From Lytechinus pictus (Eukaryota): DNA of 64,000 nucleotides. A program made the position numbers and the translations under genes. The notes beneath the pieces are model-generated. The model searched no databases. It was not told the DNA's origin and saw only the letters and a program-made list of their open reading frames with translations. Position 1 is the first letter of the stretch. Each line of letters opens with the position of its first letter. The DNA is taken from positions 9,486,001-9,550,000 of the forward strand of contig NC_087250.1 of the NCBI RefSeq assembly GCF_037042905.1, written 5' to 3'. Shown here piece by piece: positions 28,527 to 40,611 of the stretch.

Positions 28527-28538
28527 CTGTTTCGCCAT
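28527..28538 (-). CDS. SNX9: Sorting nexin first coding exon (MAKQ)
   Basis: caagATGGCGAAACAG|GTGAGT: good Kozak context, perfect phase-0 donor; joining to the SH3 exon gives MAKQCKVLYDF, the N-terminal spacing of SNX9-family proteins; next to a GC-rich segment. Confidence 0.75.
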
Positions 28539-28565
28539 CTTGTATTTTAGTCACTCCCTCGACTA

Positions 28566-28575
28566 GTCACGTGAC
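28566..28575. promoter_or_regulatory. Palindromic E-box / CLEAR-type element GTCACGTGAC
   Basis: Perfect 10-bp palindrome about 30 bp upstream of the sorting nexin ATG; matches the MiT/TFE (TFEB) and USF consensus. Confidence 0.55.
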
Positions 28576-31351
28576 AATAACATGCCATCTGATAAAACTA
28601 TTCTCAATTTCTAGACAAGATTGTGTTAGACCTTCCGAGTTCATTAACTAAAAAAATGAATAAATCTAAACTATATGCTGTGATATAATTTCATGTATTT
28701 ATTCTAAGAATCTTCTAACAGCCTAATCTTTATTCGATTTTATACCAATGGTGATAAATTTCATTTTAATTGTAGGTAGTTGCAAAGCTTGTGGCTAAGG
28801 TCAAGATTATAGACTAGATAATTTGAACGTCTATGAAGCGGAACCATGAACATGACTCACAAACTTTTATAACTATGGGGCGGCGTATCCAGAAATATAT
28901 ATTATGTTGATTTTTTTTTCCTTGGGGGCGGGAGGGGACTCGGTCGTTATTTAAATGGTTTAAATGGTAATGTACTAGGGCGGCGGAGCGAAGTTGAAAG
29001 TGGGGGGGGGGGACAGGGGAAAGTGGGCAAAATATTAATTTACACCACATCTAGTACAGTGGTGTAATGAGCAAAGCATTTTGAGGGGGCTAGATATGTC
29101 GTATCAAGTAAAGTTTATAAGAAGCTGCGAGTGAGCAAAACGAGCGAGCAAAAGTTTTGACATATAGAGGACGAAAATCCAAATTGCGTGATAAATTTTG
29201 ACATAATTTCCGAAAATAATATCATATTTCACCTTTGTCTCTTACTGGGAAAAATGGGCACTGTCTTAAAATAAAGAAAAGATGAGGGGGGCTAGATATG
29301 TAGTATCATGTAAAGTTTATAAGAAGCTGGGAGCGAGCAAAGCGAGCGAGCAAAAATTTTGACATTTTTATATGACGAAAATCCAATTTTGTGATAAATT
29401 TTGACATAATTTCAGAAAATAATATCATATTTTACCCTTCTCTCTTTCCTTTTCTCTCATTTTTTTCTTGGTGGTGAGTTTTTTTTTGGGGGGGGGGCAA
29501 GAGCACCCCCAATCACATTAATAATGAAACGTAGGGCACGTAGGATTATTCTTACAATTTTTTTTTCATTCATAAGTAGTATCATATAAAAATTAGAATA
29601 TTGCTTTGTTGTTTCAAAGGGGCACTCGTTAACACATCAAAATGGGTCCTTCTCAGGTGAAAGGGGCACAGAACATGTTAGTGAAGAGCACCTTTCTGGG
29701 GTAAAATGGGGCACTGAATAGGGCACTTACAAGAAGGCAAGGGGGCACCATGCTCTCTCATAAATCTGGTCCTTCTCAGGTGAAAGGCACAAAAATACGT
29801 TCAAGAGGGGGCATTTTGGGGTAAAACTTTGCACTATTTAAGTGCTTCGAAAAGTGGCGGCACCTATAGTTCCGAAACTTCTCAATAACGGGGACATTGT
29901 GACTGGCATTTCGTTGGGTATGGAAATTGCAAAAGAGACAGGGGAGGAGAAGTGGATGTAAAATAAAACTTGCCGCATATATTGCAGTCACCCTTTATCA
30001 ATTAAGTAGACCAATAGGCATTTACCATGGACTCTCATCTTTTTTTTAAGTCCTCCCCCCCCCCCTCTCCCCCTCCCCCCTCTCCCTCTCTCTCTCTCCC
30101 TCTCTCTCTCTTCCTCTCTCTAATTGTAGGGCCACCTCCTTTAATAATACACTGCTCATTATTTCAGACAATTAAACTGAAGAAAAAAGAGACAAGAGAA
30201 AATTGCCGGTTCATCATGATGCTTATTATGTTCTGACCATGCATGTATTTACTTTTTATCACAATGAACATTTTATTCATATTCATTGACTTAATATCAA
30301 AATGCAGACATCAATCTAATACCCAGTGGCGTACACTGCAAATATACCGGTGTTGATTTAACACCAGCTCAATCGGTATATCGCAAAACATCAGAGAGGT
30401 GTTGAAACAGCACCACAAGATATATGCATTCTTAACTTGTGTTGTTTCAACACTTCCCCTGGTTTTTTTCGATTCAGATACCGGGTTAAATGTTATATTT
30501 ATATCGGTGTTTTGCAGTATGTTTGTCCATTCGCCCCCCTCCCCCACACACACTTTTTTATCACGGAAATGTGAAAATGATCATCAAATTATTATGTTAT
30601 GTATGCATGCTCAGCCCCCCCCCCCCTACTTTAAAATTAGTGTGTTAAATGTGCCTTTTAGTACTAATATTTCACTTATTGGAAACTAATTTTCTTTCTG
30701 ATATCACAAGTGCGCTGACCCCCCCCCCCCCCCCACCATCCCTACCGCCAAAGCCGTAAAGGGGGAACAAAAAATTTGGGGCGGGGCCAAGCTTTGGTGT
30801 ATGTGGTAGCATTACTGACAAAATCTCTGAGTGAGCGAAGTGAGCTAGCAAAACTGTTGACTTTTTAAAAATAATACACTAAAATAATTTTGTGATAATT
30901 AAAGTTTGACATAAATTATTATTATTCACTTGATATAATATAATATTTCAAAGTTTCCCCCTTCACTTTTTTCTCCCCTTTTTTTTTAAGTTTCTTAGTC
31001 ATGAAATGTACTATGGGCCCCAGCCCCCTCCCATCTCATCAACTTTGAAGTGTTCTCTGAATATGGCCTGTATATTACAAGCGCGTCATCTTCAATAGTG
31101 GCGTAACGAGCTAAAAAAAATTGAGGGGGCCAAATGTGACGTATCAGGTGAAATAAATAAATAAATAAGGTGCGAGCGAGCGAGCGAGCAAAAAGTGTCA
31201 ACAATATTCAGAAAACTAGCATATTTTAATATCTCTCTTTCCTTTTTTTTCTTTATCTTGTTTTTTCTTGGTCGTGAACATATTTTTTTTTGGAGGGGGG
31301 GCAAAGGGCCCCAAGGCCCCCCCCCCTCATCTGTGAGCCAGTGATCTTGAG

Positions 31352-31475
31352 CTACCAGAAGAAATTCTCCTGAACGCCGACGTGTTCTGCTGCTGGTCCG
31401 TCATGTTCGTGATTAGATTCCTTAACGTACGGAGTCTCCGGCTGGGATTTCTTCTTCAATTTCCGACGAATCCGT
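31352..31475 (-). CDS. Shisa-like membrane protein A, last exon (cytoplasmic tail ending ENFFW*)
   Basis: tttttgacag|A CGG ATT...TTC TGG TAG; phase 2 matches the upstream exon; 124 coding nt, same as paralog B. Confidence 0.75.
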
Positions 31476-32310
31476 CTGTCAAAAAAATTAATTTGTGGAA
31501 AAAATACAATTGTAAACGAATATTGATATTTTAAGTTCCATTCGATTTCGTTTGTTACTAATGGTTGGGGTAGTCGTCGACAACTCAGTTCTGATCGGGA
31601 TATAATTACTTCCATTATCTTCAGGGCCCGCGGAACGAATTTGGAAGTTGGGGGGGGGGCTGACCATGCAAAATATCACAATCAGATGGTAGTTTTTAGT
31701 TTTTGTACACTGTTTTGGAAAAAAGTTAGGGAGCAAAAGCCGACCCTGCCCCCCCCCTCCCATTTCCGCGGCCCCTGATTTTTAATTATCATCACTGTAT
31801 TGAGCCCCGAAAGGAGGGGGCAGACAATTGTTTATGGGGCAAAGATTGTTAAAAGGTGCGTGAGAGCAAAATTTTAGAAATCTTTAATACAAATGTTTAG
31901 TTTGCGGCAGAATTTTTGTTTACATCTGAAAATAATGTATTTTTTCTCTTTTTCAATGTCCTCTTTCTTCTTCTTCTTCTTATTCTTTTTGTTTGTTTCT
32001 CCCCTTTTCTTCGTTGTGGAAATGTTTTAGGGTCAATGCGCCACCCCTACCCCCATCTGTATACGTCAGTAATCAGCATTGACACTTTCGCACAACTTCG
32101 TCATAGATGTATCGTAGATAGGTGACGTAATATAATGAGCCAAACATTTTGAGGGGGTCGATAAGGGGAATCGTGTAAAGTCAATAAAAAGTTCCGAGCG
32201 AGCGAGTAAAAGTTTTGACATTTTAATTACAAAAATCCAAATTTGTGATAGATTTTGACATAATATTTACAAAACAATATCATATTTCACCCTTATCCCT
32301 TATCCGGTCG

Positions 32311-32347
<37 letters not shown>

Positions 32348-32951
32348 GGGGGGGGGGGGAACCCGGGGGGAGCCCTCCAAGTCCCCCCCCCACCCTCCAT
32401 TTGTACACAAGTGTCTTAGATTTTATTTATACTTTTATAAGGAAGAAAGATGGAAATAATAAAGTGCTTAAGTCAAAGATTTCGAATCTGTAATCTTTTA
32501 TAGAACCTATTAATGTTAGCAAGAAAAAAAAACGGCCTGCATCACGCGCTTATCCCCATCAAGCTAAATTACATTATTTGACATCCAATCCAGCGGCAGA
32601 AGTTGGATAAATTTTTATGGCTCATAAGATAAAAAAACGAAGACCACTTTGAAAAAGAAGGGGGGATGGGGCGCAAAGGGGCAATGTTGCGTACAGATGG
32701 GGGGATGACTTGGGGGCACTTTCCCACCCACCCCACCCCCCCCCCCCCAAAAAAAAAGGGTTTAGCATCCAAGAAAAAAAAGAGAAAAGGAAAGAGAGAA
32801 GGGGAAAATATAATATCATTTTCTGAATATTATGTCGGAATCTATCACAAAATTTGATTCTTGTAATAAAAATGTAGAAATTTTTGGCTCATTACGCCTC
32901 TGGGGGGGGGGGGGGGGGGGGGAGAAAGAAGAAAATAATACACAGTCTTAC

Positions 32952-33137
32952 CTTCCAACACAGCGACAGTTACAAAGACCGTCCATGCAGCCATCCCAAA
33001 ACTTGTAGATGCGCGCCCTCAAGCGTTTAAGACAAGAGAACGTGTCATCTCGGCAATACGTATAGAGAAATACCAATACGATCAATACTGCCGTTGCTAC
33101 GCCGAGGTAAAGGCCTACTTGTTCCATCATCCCAAGC
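32952..33137 (-). CDS. Shisa-like membrane protein A, transmembrane exon
   Basis: caatag|G CTT GGG ATG...GGA AG|GTAAGA; 186 nt; TM VGLYLGVATAVLIVLVFLY followed by TYCRDDTFSCLK...MDGLCNCRC; homologous to 41760-41945. Confidence 0.85.
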
Positions 33138-33727
33138 CTATTGATATAAATAACAGGAAGATCAAGGCACTAGTATATAAACACAAGGGTATAAATAAAG
33201 AAATCAACAAGTTGTATGCCAATATAATTTATCCAGCTTGGAGCGAGTGAATTTGCATATATTTCCTATTTGAAAATGTTTTGTAAGGATTGATATAACT
33301 TTATTTAAAGTAAAAAAAAAGCAATAATATATATATATATATAATATGTGTAACATTATACATGTACAACAGCATATATATATATATATATAATAGATTT
33401 TACAGTAGCGCTGATAAAAGCTGCAGGTATTTCCACATAATAAACTTTTGGCTTAATATCAGTGATAACGATATTAAAATGGGTTTTTGTTTAAGTCCGT
33501 GTCTCTCAATTTTCGGCGACAATCCAGGAAGGGGATGGGCTTGTCCCATCTCCTTTTTTAAAAACTATTTCTTTAACTATTAATTATGTTGAACATCAAA
33601 CAATATAAGCGAGTCGTTGCTCCCCTCTAACCCACCCCCCCCCCCTCTTTCTCTCTCTCCCTCCTTCTCCCTCTCCCTCTCTCTTCCTCCCTTTCCCTCT
33701 CTCCCTCTCCAATTACCCAGGCCTTAC

Positions 33728-33931
33728 ATCTCTGCGTTCTGTTCCTCGGCTGGCAAGCAGCAGCTGTGGAGGTTCCCATCGTCGTCCGCCCGGTCGTTCT
33801 GGCAACACTCCGTGAACGTGTTCGGCGAGCCGTCCTCGTTCGTGGCGGGGCAATAGTAACTATTCCCCGGAAACGATGCGGGCTTCTCGGGGTTGATCGG
33901 ACACGGTGTTACCATGGCAACAGCTTGATAT
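33728..33931 (-). CDS. Shisa-like membrane protein A, six-cysteine ectodomain exon
   Basis: Encodes MVTPCPINPEKPASFPGNSYYCP...FTECC...LHSCC (C..C..CC..CC); donor AT|GTAAGG; homologous to 39329-39518. Exact acceptor uncertain (33931 or 33923). Confidence 0.82.
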
Positions 33932-34764
33932 CTACTTTAGATGTCAAGGAAGAAAATATAAGGAATGTTTAAGGGTCCAAATTCAGATACAAATTCAAAA
34001 TTCAAATTCAAATTCAGCTTCATCTCCAAAATCATATAAATTCATACACTTAAAGCACGGTTTACCCAATATTGGGTAAAATGGGAACATGCATGTTTGT
34101 TGGGTAAAAATACACCAAATATTTTGTAAATTTTACGCAATGTTGCATTGAAATTTACTCTTCAAACATGCATTTTCCCCATAAGAGAAAAAATTACTCA
34201 GCAAATATGCATGTTCCCTTTCGACCCAATATTGGGTAAATTTTTACCCCTGTTTTTAGAGTTTATTTAAATTCTAATTCAAACTCAAATATACATTCAT
34301 GTTTAGATTAAAATTCATTTCCAAGTTTAAATTCAGACTCAGATTCTAATTCTAATTCTAATTCTCAGTTGAATTGCACATTCGAATTCAAAGTCAAATT
34401 GAGATTCAAATTCAAATTTAGGATCGAATTTCACATTCAAATTCAAGTTTGAATTTAGAATCCGATTCCAATTCAAATGTCAATTTTCAACATTAAAATA
34501 GTAAAATACAAATCGTTACATACAATTTTATTCGATAGTAAGACAAAATTGATATATAAAAAAATTTGCATTTCTTTTTCCTGGGTGGGCAATTAATTAT
34601 TTCAAAATTTTCACATTCGTTTGTTGTCATTTCCAGCATAACAAAATGAAATACTAATAATTGCAATGACATTATACATATTTCATCTGGATATCTGTGG
34701 TTATAAATAAAGTTATACAGTATTCTTATAACACAATCAATGCCATTAATGTTTTGTTATAATC

Positions 34765-35028
34765 ACTAGCGTACCTACGGGGGGGGGGGGGGGGGGGCAG
34801 GGGGGCAGTCTGCCCCCCCCCCCTGACGAGCCAAAACCCATACAAAAACATATCTCTGCCCCCCTGACGACCTTGAAAGACCTTTTTTGCCCCCCTGACG
34901 AGCTTGAAGACCTTTATTGCCCCCCCCCCCCCGACGAGCTTGAAGACCTTTTTTTTTTTTTTTTTGCTTGTCAAATTTTTTGGCGGCCGATTTTGCCCCC
35001 CCTGTGGAAAATCCTAGGTACGCCACTG
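34765..35028. mobile_element. Short non-autonomous DNA element with CAGTGGCGTA-type ends
   Basis: Ends CTAGCGTACCTA / TAGGTACGCCACTG, poly-G/C interior with repeated GACGAGCTTGAAGACC; relatives at 9473-9713 and 15957-16212. Confidence 0.55.
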
Positions 35029-35454
35029 GTTATAATTCATCTTAAGCATCATGTTATACACATCATATTTCGTTACTTTCATACATGCAATCATCAATTC
35101 AATTCAATTTGTTTTATTTCATATTCAACGGAACAAAGTAAAGTGGATGATCGACGTATATAATTAAAATGAAAATTGCAAATGAAACTTAAACAAACAA
35201 TATAAATTGAGGTAGGTACAATGCATACTTTTTCCATAAGTAAAACAAAATTAGAAGCAAATTATCATAAACATAATGAAATTAGAGGAAATGGAGGATC
35301 CACTCAAATGCAAATTATTGTAGAGTGTGGATCCATCATAACCCCCTCCCCATTATAAATAAATCTGCACTAAATATATCGAAAATAAATAAATATTTTT
35401 CGTTGTTCCCAGGATAATAAATTACGATTTACAAAGTACATCAGACTCACTTAC

Positions 35455-35526
35455 CAAAATCACCACGAAGGGTAATGCCAAGATGAAACTGCAAATCAAC
35501 AGAAGGAAAATCCTTATTGTAGCTAT
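35455..35526 (-). CDS. Shisa-like protein A, putative signal-peptide exon with ATA in place of ATG (possibly defective)
   Basis: accATAGCTACAATAAGG... reads (I)ATIRIFLLLICSFILALPFVVIL|GTAAGT, aligning with MARIR... of paralog B; no in-frame ATG after the upstream TGA. Confidence 0.45.
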
Positions 35527-35716
35527 GGTCCTTCAATGTTCAGATCTAAACGCTGGAAACATAAATATGTTTGTTTACATTCTCCGATGATTCTTCTCCG
35601 AAGTTGAAAAAAAAATCCTCCAATGAGGTAACGATAAGACGGTGTTTATCCAGTATCTGTATTCACATGGGAAAGTCCAACGTATTCCGAACTTACTAAT
35701 TGGCAATTGCTATTTT

Positions 35717-35730
35717 GTTACCATGGAAAC
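35717..35730. promoter_or_regulatory. RFX X-box-like motif GTTACCATGGAAAC
   Basis: Matches the X-box consensus about 190 bp upstream of gene A exon 1; a second match GTTACCATGGCAAC at 33908-33921. Confidence 0.4.
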
Positions 35731-36839
35731 ACAAAATGTCCTGTTCAGGGTAAATCGTGAATTTAATACACTAATTCATTCTTTAAGCCTGACGCAGAAT
35801 AGTGAAAAGGAAATTACACGATATCTAGAAATAAAGGATTTCAGTTTATTTGAAAATGACTGAAGATAGAACGTTATTCCTGTTATGATGTTTTTGGAGT
35901 GCGAATATTATTCTCAATATCGCATAGTACGCCTGTGAGCTTTATCTGACAGTATACTTGGTCAGTTTACCTGCACGTGTAATGACTTTTGGGAGTTAAG
36001 GTATAACCATTGTAATATTGATTCACAATTCGCATGGTTGCACTCTCAAATTCAAATTCAATTTCAAATCGATAATCATATTGCTCGAGTTTCATCTGTA
36101 TAATAGCAATCTGTTAGGGCCTACTCACGAGGCCGAGGGGCAGTAAAGGCAATTTTTCTCGTGTTTTTTTTTTCCTGTCCGAATTATTATTCCGGACTTT
36201 TCGCATTTACTATATACGGGGAAACTCTCTACAACGCAACAATTCCTTTGAAAATGCAAGTCAAATCAAAAAGAGGTTTTTGTCGAAAGTTGGTGGACCG
36301 TGACAGCAGCAGAATCGGAATCTCTTGACTCTTGACATATATGCAATATTGTTCGTCCGGTGCAAATTTACGGATGATCTGCTGTCCCAGTCCACCAACT
36401 TTCGATAAAAGCCTTTTAGCTCTCCATTATGACTGTAATTGCATTTTATAATGATAATAATAATAATAGTGATAATAATAATAATAATGATGATAATAAT
36501 AATACTAATATAGGTATATTTACCCAGGGAAGCTCCCAGCGGGCCCTATAGCTGCTATATTACCCCGGCTTTAGCTGGGGTGCCTAGGCGCTCAAGCATT
36601 CAAGGAATTTTTTCCTATATACCGGGTACCCATTCACCTCACCTGGGTTGAGTGCGACACAATGTGGATAAATTTCTTGCTGAAGGAAATTACGCCAGAG
36701 TCAGGAGAGTAATCCATTCGGCCACAACGCTCCATCCGAAGGAATCGATGCGTTGTTGAGAGTTTCCCCTTAGTAAATTTTACTTGGACGAATGGAAAGG
36801 GTATAAAAATATTATTCAATTTACAATGGACAATATGAT

Positions 36840-37444
36840 TTAAAGGGGAATCCAGCCTTGGCCATAAAATGTTGTGTTGGGAAGGAGAAAAATAAATTAA
36901 ACAGAATGGTGAAAGTTTGAAAGAAATCGGACAAGCAATAAAAAAGTTATAGCTGCTATAAAATTGAGATTTCTAATACTATGTAGATTTCAAATTGGCA
37001 ACTGAATAAGTAAATTATGACAAGGGGCAAGGACAACTTTCCCAAAGGCCATGTACTTTATTATCAGGGATTTGTGGTTTTCTCCTAAGTATACCCATTC
37101 CCCTGGGGCAGTAATCTAAATATAGCCCAGGTAGTATATTGTTTTATGTCCTCATGAAAGAAAAATACAATTTGAAATAAAACTTTTGGGAAAAATGACA
37201 TTTTAGCCATAATATGTATTGGAGTACATGGAAGAGTAGTCCTTGCCTTACATCACTATGACATCCCATATGCGGCCAATTTGAAGTCTCCATGGATATA
37301 GTGATTACCAATATTTACAACTTTTAAAAATTAATAACTTTCTTGTTGTTTGTCCAATATTGTTCAAACTTTCACCTATCAACTTGTCTGATTTTTCTTT
37401 TCCTTATAAAAACAAGTTTTTATTTGGGTTGGATTCCCCTTTAA
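36840..37444. mobile_element. Kolobok-like non-autonomous element between the divergent Shisa-like genes
   Basis: TTAA-AGGGGAATCCAGCC ... GGTTGGATTCCCCT-TTAA. Confidence 0.75.
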
Positions 37445-38288
37445 ATCCGGAAGACTTATTTAGGTAGACAAACATTTTGATAGAAGAAAAATCAAATAAG
37501 AGAAAATCGGGATCGTGAACCCTCCCTAACCTGTTAACTCGTTCCTGTGAAAGGCGAAAGAAAGACAACGTTGTTTATCACTGTCTTTGCCCTACTTACT
37601 TTTATCATTTGAGTTCTCTATTTGGTATTGTTACTCCTTTTCTCTCTCAATCATCTTTTTCGATGCATTTTATTTTTTTCTATTCTTGTTTTATTCTTTT
37701 TGTTCATCTCCGTTTTTATCCTCCGTTAATCTTCTTCTCCTTCTTCTTCTTCTTCTCCTCCTCCTAATTATTCTTCTTCTTCGACGAAAAGAAAAAAAAA
37801 TGTTTCATAGTACCTCCCCAAAATAAGAAAATAGCAATAGTAATTATAATAATGATAATAGAAGAGCAATGACACTAAAACCGAATTCGGATTTCAACCT
37901 CATCACGATTACAACCATGCATTTAACTACCGCCATCTACGTTTACAGCCATTACAATTTGTTTCGACAAGCGTAAAGTCTCCAATAAACTTTATCGATT
38001 TTCTTGTGCCTTTCTTAAAGTGAAGGAATAGATTATCGATTAAAGCTACATCTTTCTTTTGTATTTGTTTCCACCCTTTTCAATATAATCTCGCTAAATA
38101 AGAACACCCAGTCGCCATTTTGTTATATCTATAACAAGCTCTTATGGTTAGTGTAGAGTGTGCTAGGGCCTGAGTAATCGAAAACGGAGGATTGAATAAG
38201 ATTACCTAGAGAAAGGTGGAGACAAAAAGAGGACTATTCAGATGAGAAAACTGTTCTAGATTAAAGGAAACATAATTATTGCTTCAAA

Positions 38289-38355
38289 ATGGCAAGAATT
38301 CGAAAGGAGATTTTATTTGGATGGTGTCTCGTTCTGGCTGTTAAAATAATCCACG
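38289..38355 (+). CDS. Shisa-like membrane protein B, exon 1 (signal peptide)
   Basis: caaaATGGCA...ATC CAC G|GTAAGT; MARIRKEILFGWCLVLAVKIIH; phase 1 matches the next acceptor. Confidence 0.75.
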
Positions 38356-38739
38356 GTAAGTCCCTTTTTTCCATTGCTATCTCTAAACCTGTTTACTGGC
38401 GTAAATAGAGGGGGGGGTGCACTTGCACTTGGGACCACTTTAGCCCCCGAACCCCTCAAAGAAAGGAACACGGGGGCGGAAACGAGGTGAAATATTATGA
38501 ATATTATGTCACAATCAATCACAATATTTGACTTTTATTTTTTAAAAGGCAACAGTTTTCGCCCTCTCGCGTTTTATCTCTTTTTTTATAGAAATCTTGC
38601 CGACATGACTTGTTGTGTTCCCTTCAAAATTGTTTCTAGCTTCTTGCGATTCACGAATCATGTTGAATGATGACAAAAGTGGATGTCTTCACACTCAGCA
38701 TTTTGAGTGTTATTCACGTATTTCCCACAGTCTACTTTC

Positions 38740-39250
38740 TGAACACACTATGAACACATTTTGAATACATTGTGAACGGCGTGCTGTGAATACACTGTAA
38801 ACACACCGTAAACACACTGTGAACACACCGTAAACAAACTGTGAACACACTGTAAACACACTGTGAACAGACCCTGAACGCACTGAACACACAGTTAACA
38901 CACTGTAAGTACACTATGAACACACTTTCAGCACACTGTAAATACACTGTGAACACACTGTAAACACACTCTGAGCACGTACGCTGTAAACACACTGAAC
39001 ACACAGTAAACACACTGTAAACACACTGAACACACAGTAAACACACTGTGAACAGACCCTGAACGCACTGAACACACAGTTAACACACTGTAAGTACACT
39101 ATGAACACACTTTCAGCACACTGTAAATACACTGTGAACACACTGTAAACACACTCTGAGCACGCTGTAAACACACTGAACACACAGTAAACACACTGTA
39201 AACACACTGAACACACAGTAAACACACTGTAACACGTACTGTGCGACACT
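38740..39250. repeat. Minisatellite (ACACACTGTAA-like 9-11 bp units) with a 185-bp higher-order duplication
   Basis: ACCCTGAACGCACTGAAC recurs at 38871 and 39056; lies in intron 1 of gene B. Confidence 0.9.
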
Positions 39251-39328
39251 GTGTTCTATCCAGTAGCGAACAGGAAATGCTTGTTCTATCCTGAAATTTT
39301 ATTTTTACTTTTTTTTTTATTTCGTCAG

Positions 39329-39518
39329 TGTCGTCGACAACATGTGCCATCGACACCACGCTCCCGGAGACTGCGGCGGGCAACAGCTACGAGTGTCCGG
39401 ATACATTGGACGACGGCACAGAGAACGATTTCAATCAGTGCTGTTACAACGATAGGCCCGATGAGTCGGGAAACTTCCATTCCTGTTGTCAAGATGCGGA
39501 CGAGAAATCTGCACAAAA
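39329..39518 (+). CDS. Shisa-like membrane protein B, six-cysteine ectodomain exon
   Basis: ttcgtcag|TG TCG...CAA AA|GTAAGT; TCAIDTTLPETAAGNSYECP...FNQCC...FHSCC. Confidence 0.85.
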
Positions 39519-39681
39519 GTAAGTGCACATATCATCCTCTTGAAATGAATGAGTTTACAAAATTAAATTAGAAATGATTAGGCTATCTCTTTTTGTTATG
39601 ATGCTGATCATCATTATTTGTACTTGTGGTATTGTTGTTATCACTATTATTATTATTGTTTTTATTATTATTATTATTATT

Positions 39682-40611
39682 CCTCTAAACAGGATCAAGT
39701 CCGTATTTTTTTCTTGAATAACTTTGCTCTAACAAAAAGCACCAAGTAATTTCAAGTGCAACTAGGAACTTTACACTACTAATGTCCGAGAGTCTTTCTT
39801 ATCAATCTGGTTGTACCCAAGATAGCTGCCTTCTGAATGTCGTACATCCGAAGGTGAGGAGAGATCTTGGTTATGCAGGCTTCCATTCCCTTCTTCACCA
39901 TTCCTGAGTGACCAATGATGACTGGTGTGACCTCTGCTTTCACGTTCCACATCCTCTCGATCTAAATCATTAGGTCTTGATACTTGAGCCGTTTGTCTCT
40001 TTCCTTTACAGCAATGTTGATATCATGGGGAACAGAGACCTCAATGATATTTACTACGTTGTTGTCTCTGACGATGATGTCCGGCTTGTTGCAGTTGATG
40101 GTTCTATCCGTTAGTATGCCACAGTTCCAATATATGGTGCTGTTATTGATCGTGGTGATCGTTTGTGGCTGATGTTCCCAAGCGTGATCACAAGTCATTT
40201 TACCGCGATCCTTCAGTAGTTGCCAATGGATAAGTTTGGCAATATTGTCATGTCTTGTGATGTACTCAGTTCCAGCAAGAGTCGAACATGCTGATACCAA
40301 ATGCATGATTGTTTCGGTCTCTTTTCCACACATCCTGCAAGTGTCGTCTGTGTCTGTTCTGAGGATAGATTTTTCGTAGGCACGGGTCCTCACCACCTGG
40401 TCCTGAATAGCATAGACGAACCCTTCAGTTTCACCTCTTAGTCCCGCCGACTTAAGCCATTGATGTGTGTCTTTCTGGTCTACAAACTCCCGATGCGTCT
40501 GTTTTTCATGGTGGCCATGAAGTCTCTTGGATTTAAGTTGCTCTTGAAGTTTCTTGTGAAAGGAGCATTTAAGTCTTGCCTTCTCTTTTTCACCGTAGGG
40601 TAGTGTCAGTC
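39682..40611 (-). mobile_element. 3' part of a non-LTR retrotransposon with restriction-like endonuclease (R4/Dong/NeSL type), decayed
   Basis: CCHC knuckle CRMC..ETIMHLVSAC, RHD motif, PD-(D/E)xK-type KPDIIV...IIEVSVP...KY; in-frame TAG at 39962-39964 with the frame continuing to a stop at 39779; ends at (TAA)n; 5' side lost in an N gap. Confidence 0.88.

Noticed and set aside
35530-35565. Selenocysteine readthrough of the in-frame TGA upstream of gene A's signal-like exon
   Set aside because: The TGA precedes a signal peptide, the paralog starts at the position of the ATA, and I could not identify a SECIS element.
38710-39383. Cys/Val-rich ORFs and a CRISPR-like periodic pattern
   Set aside because: Minisatellite with no unique spacers and no cas genes; eukaryotic intron.
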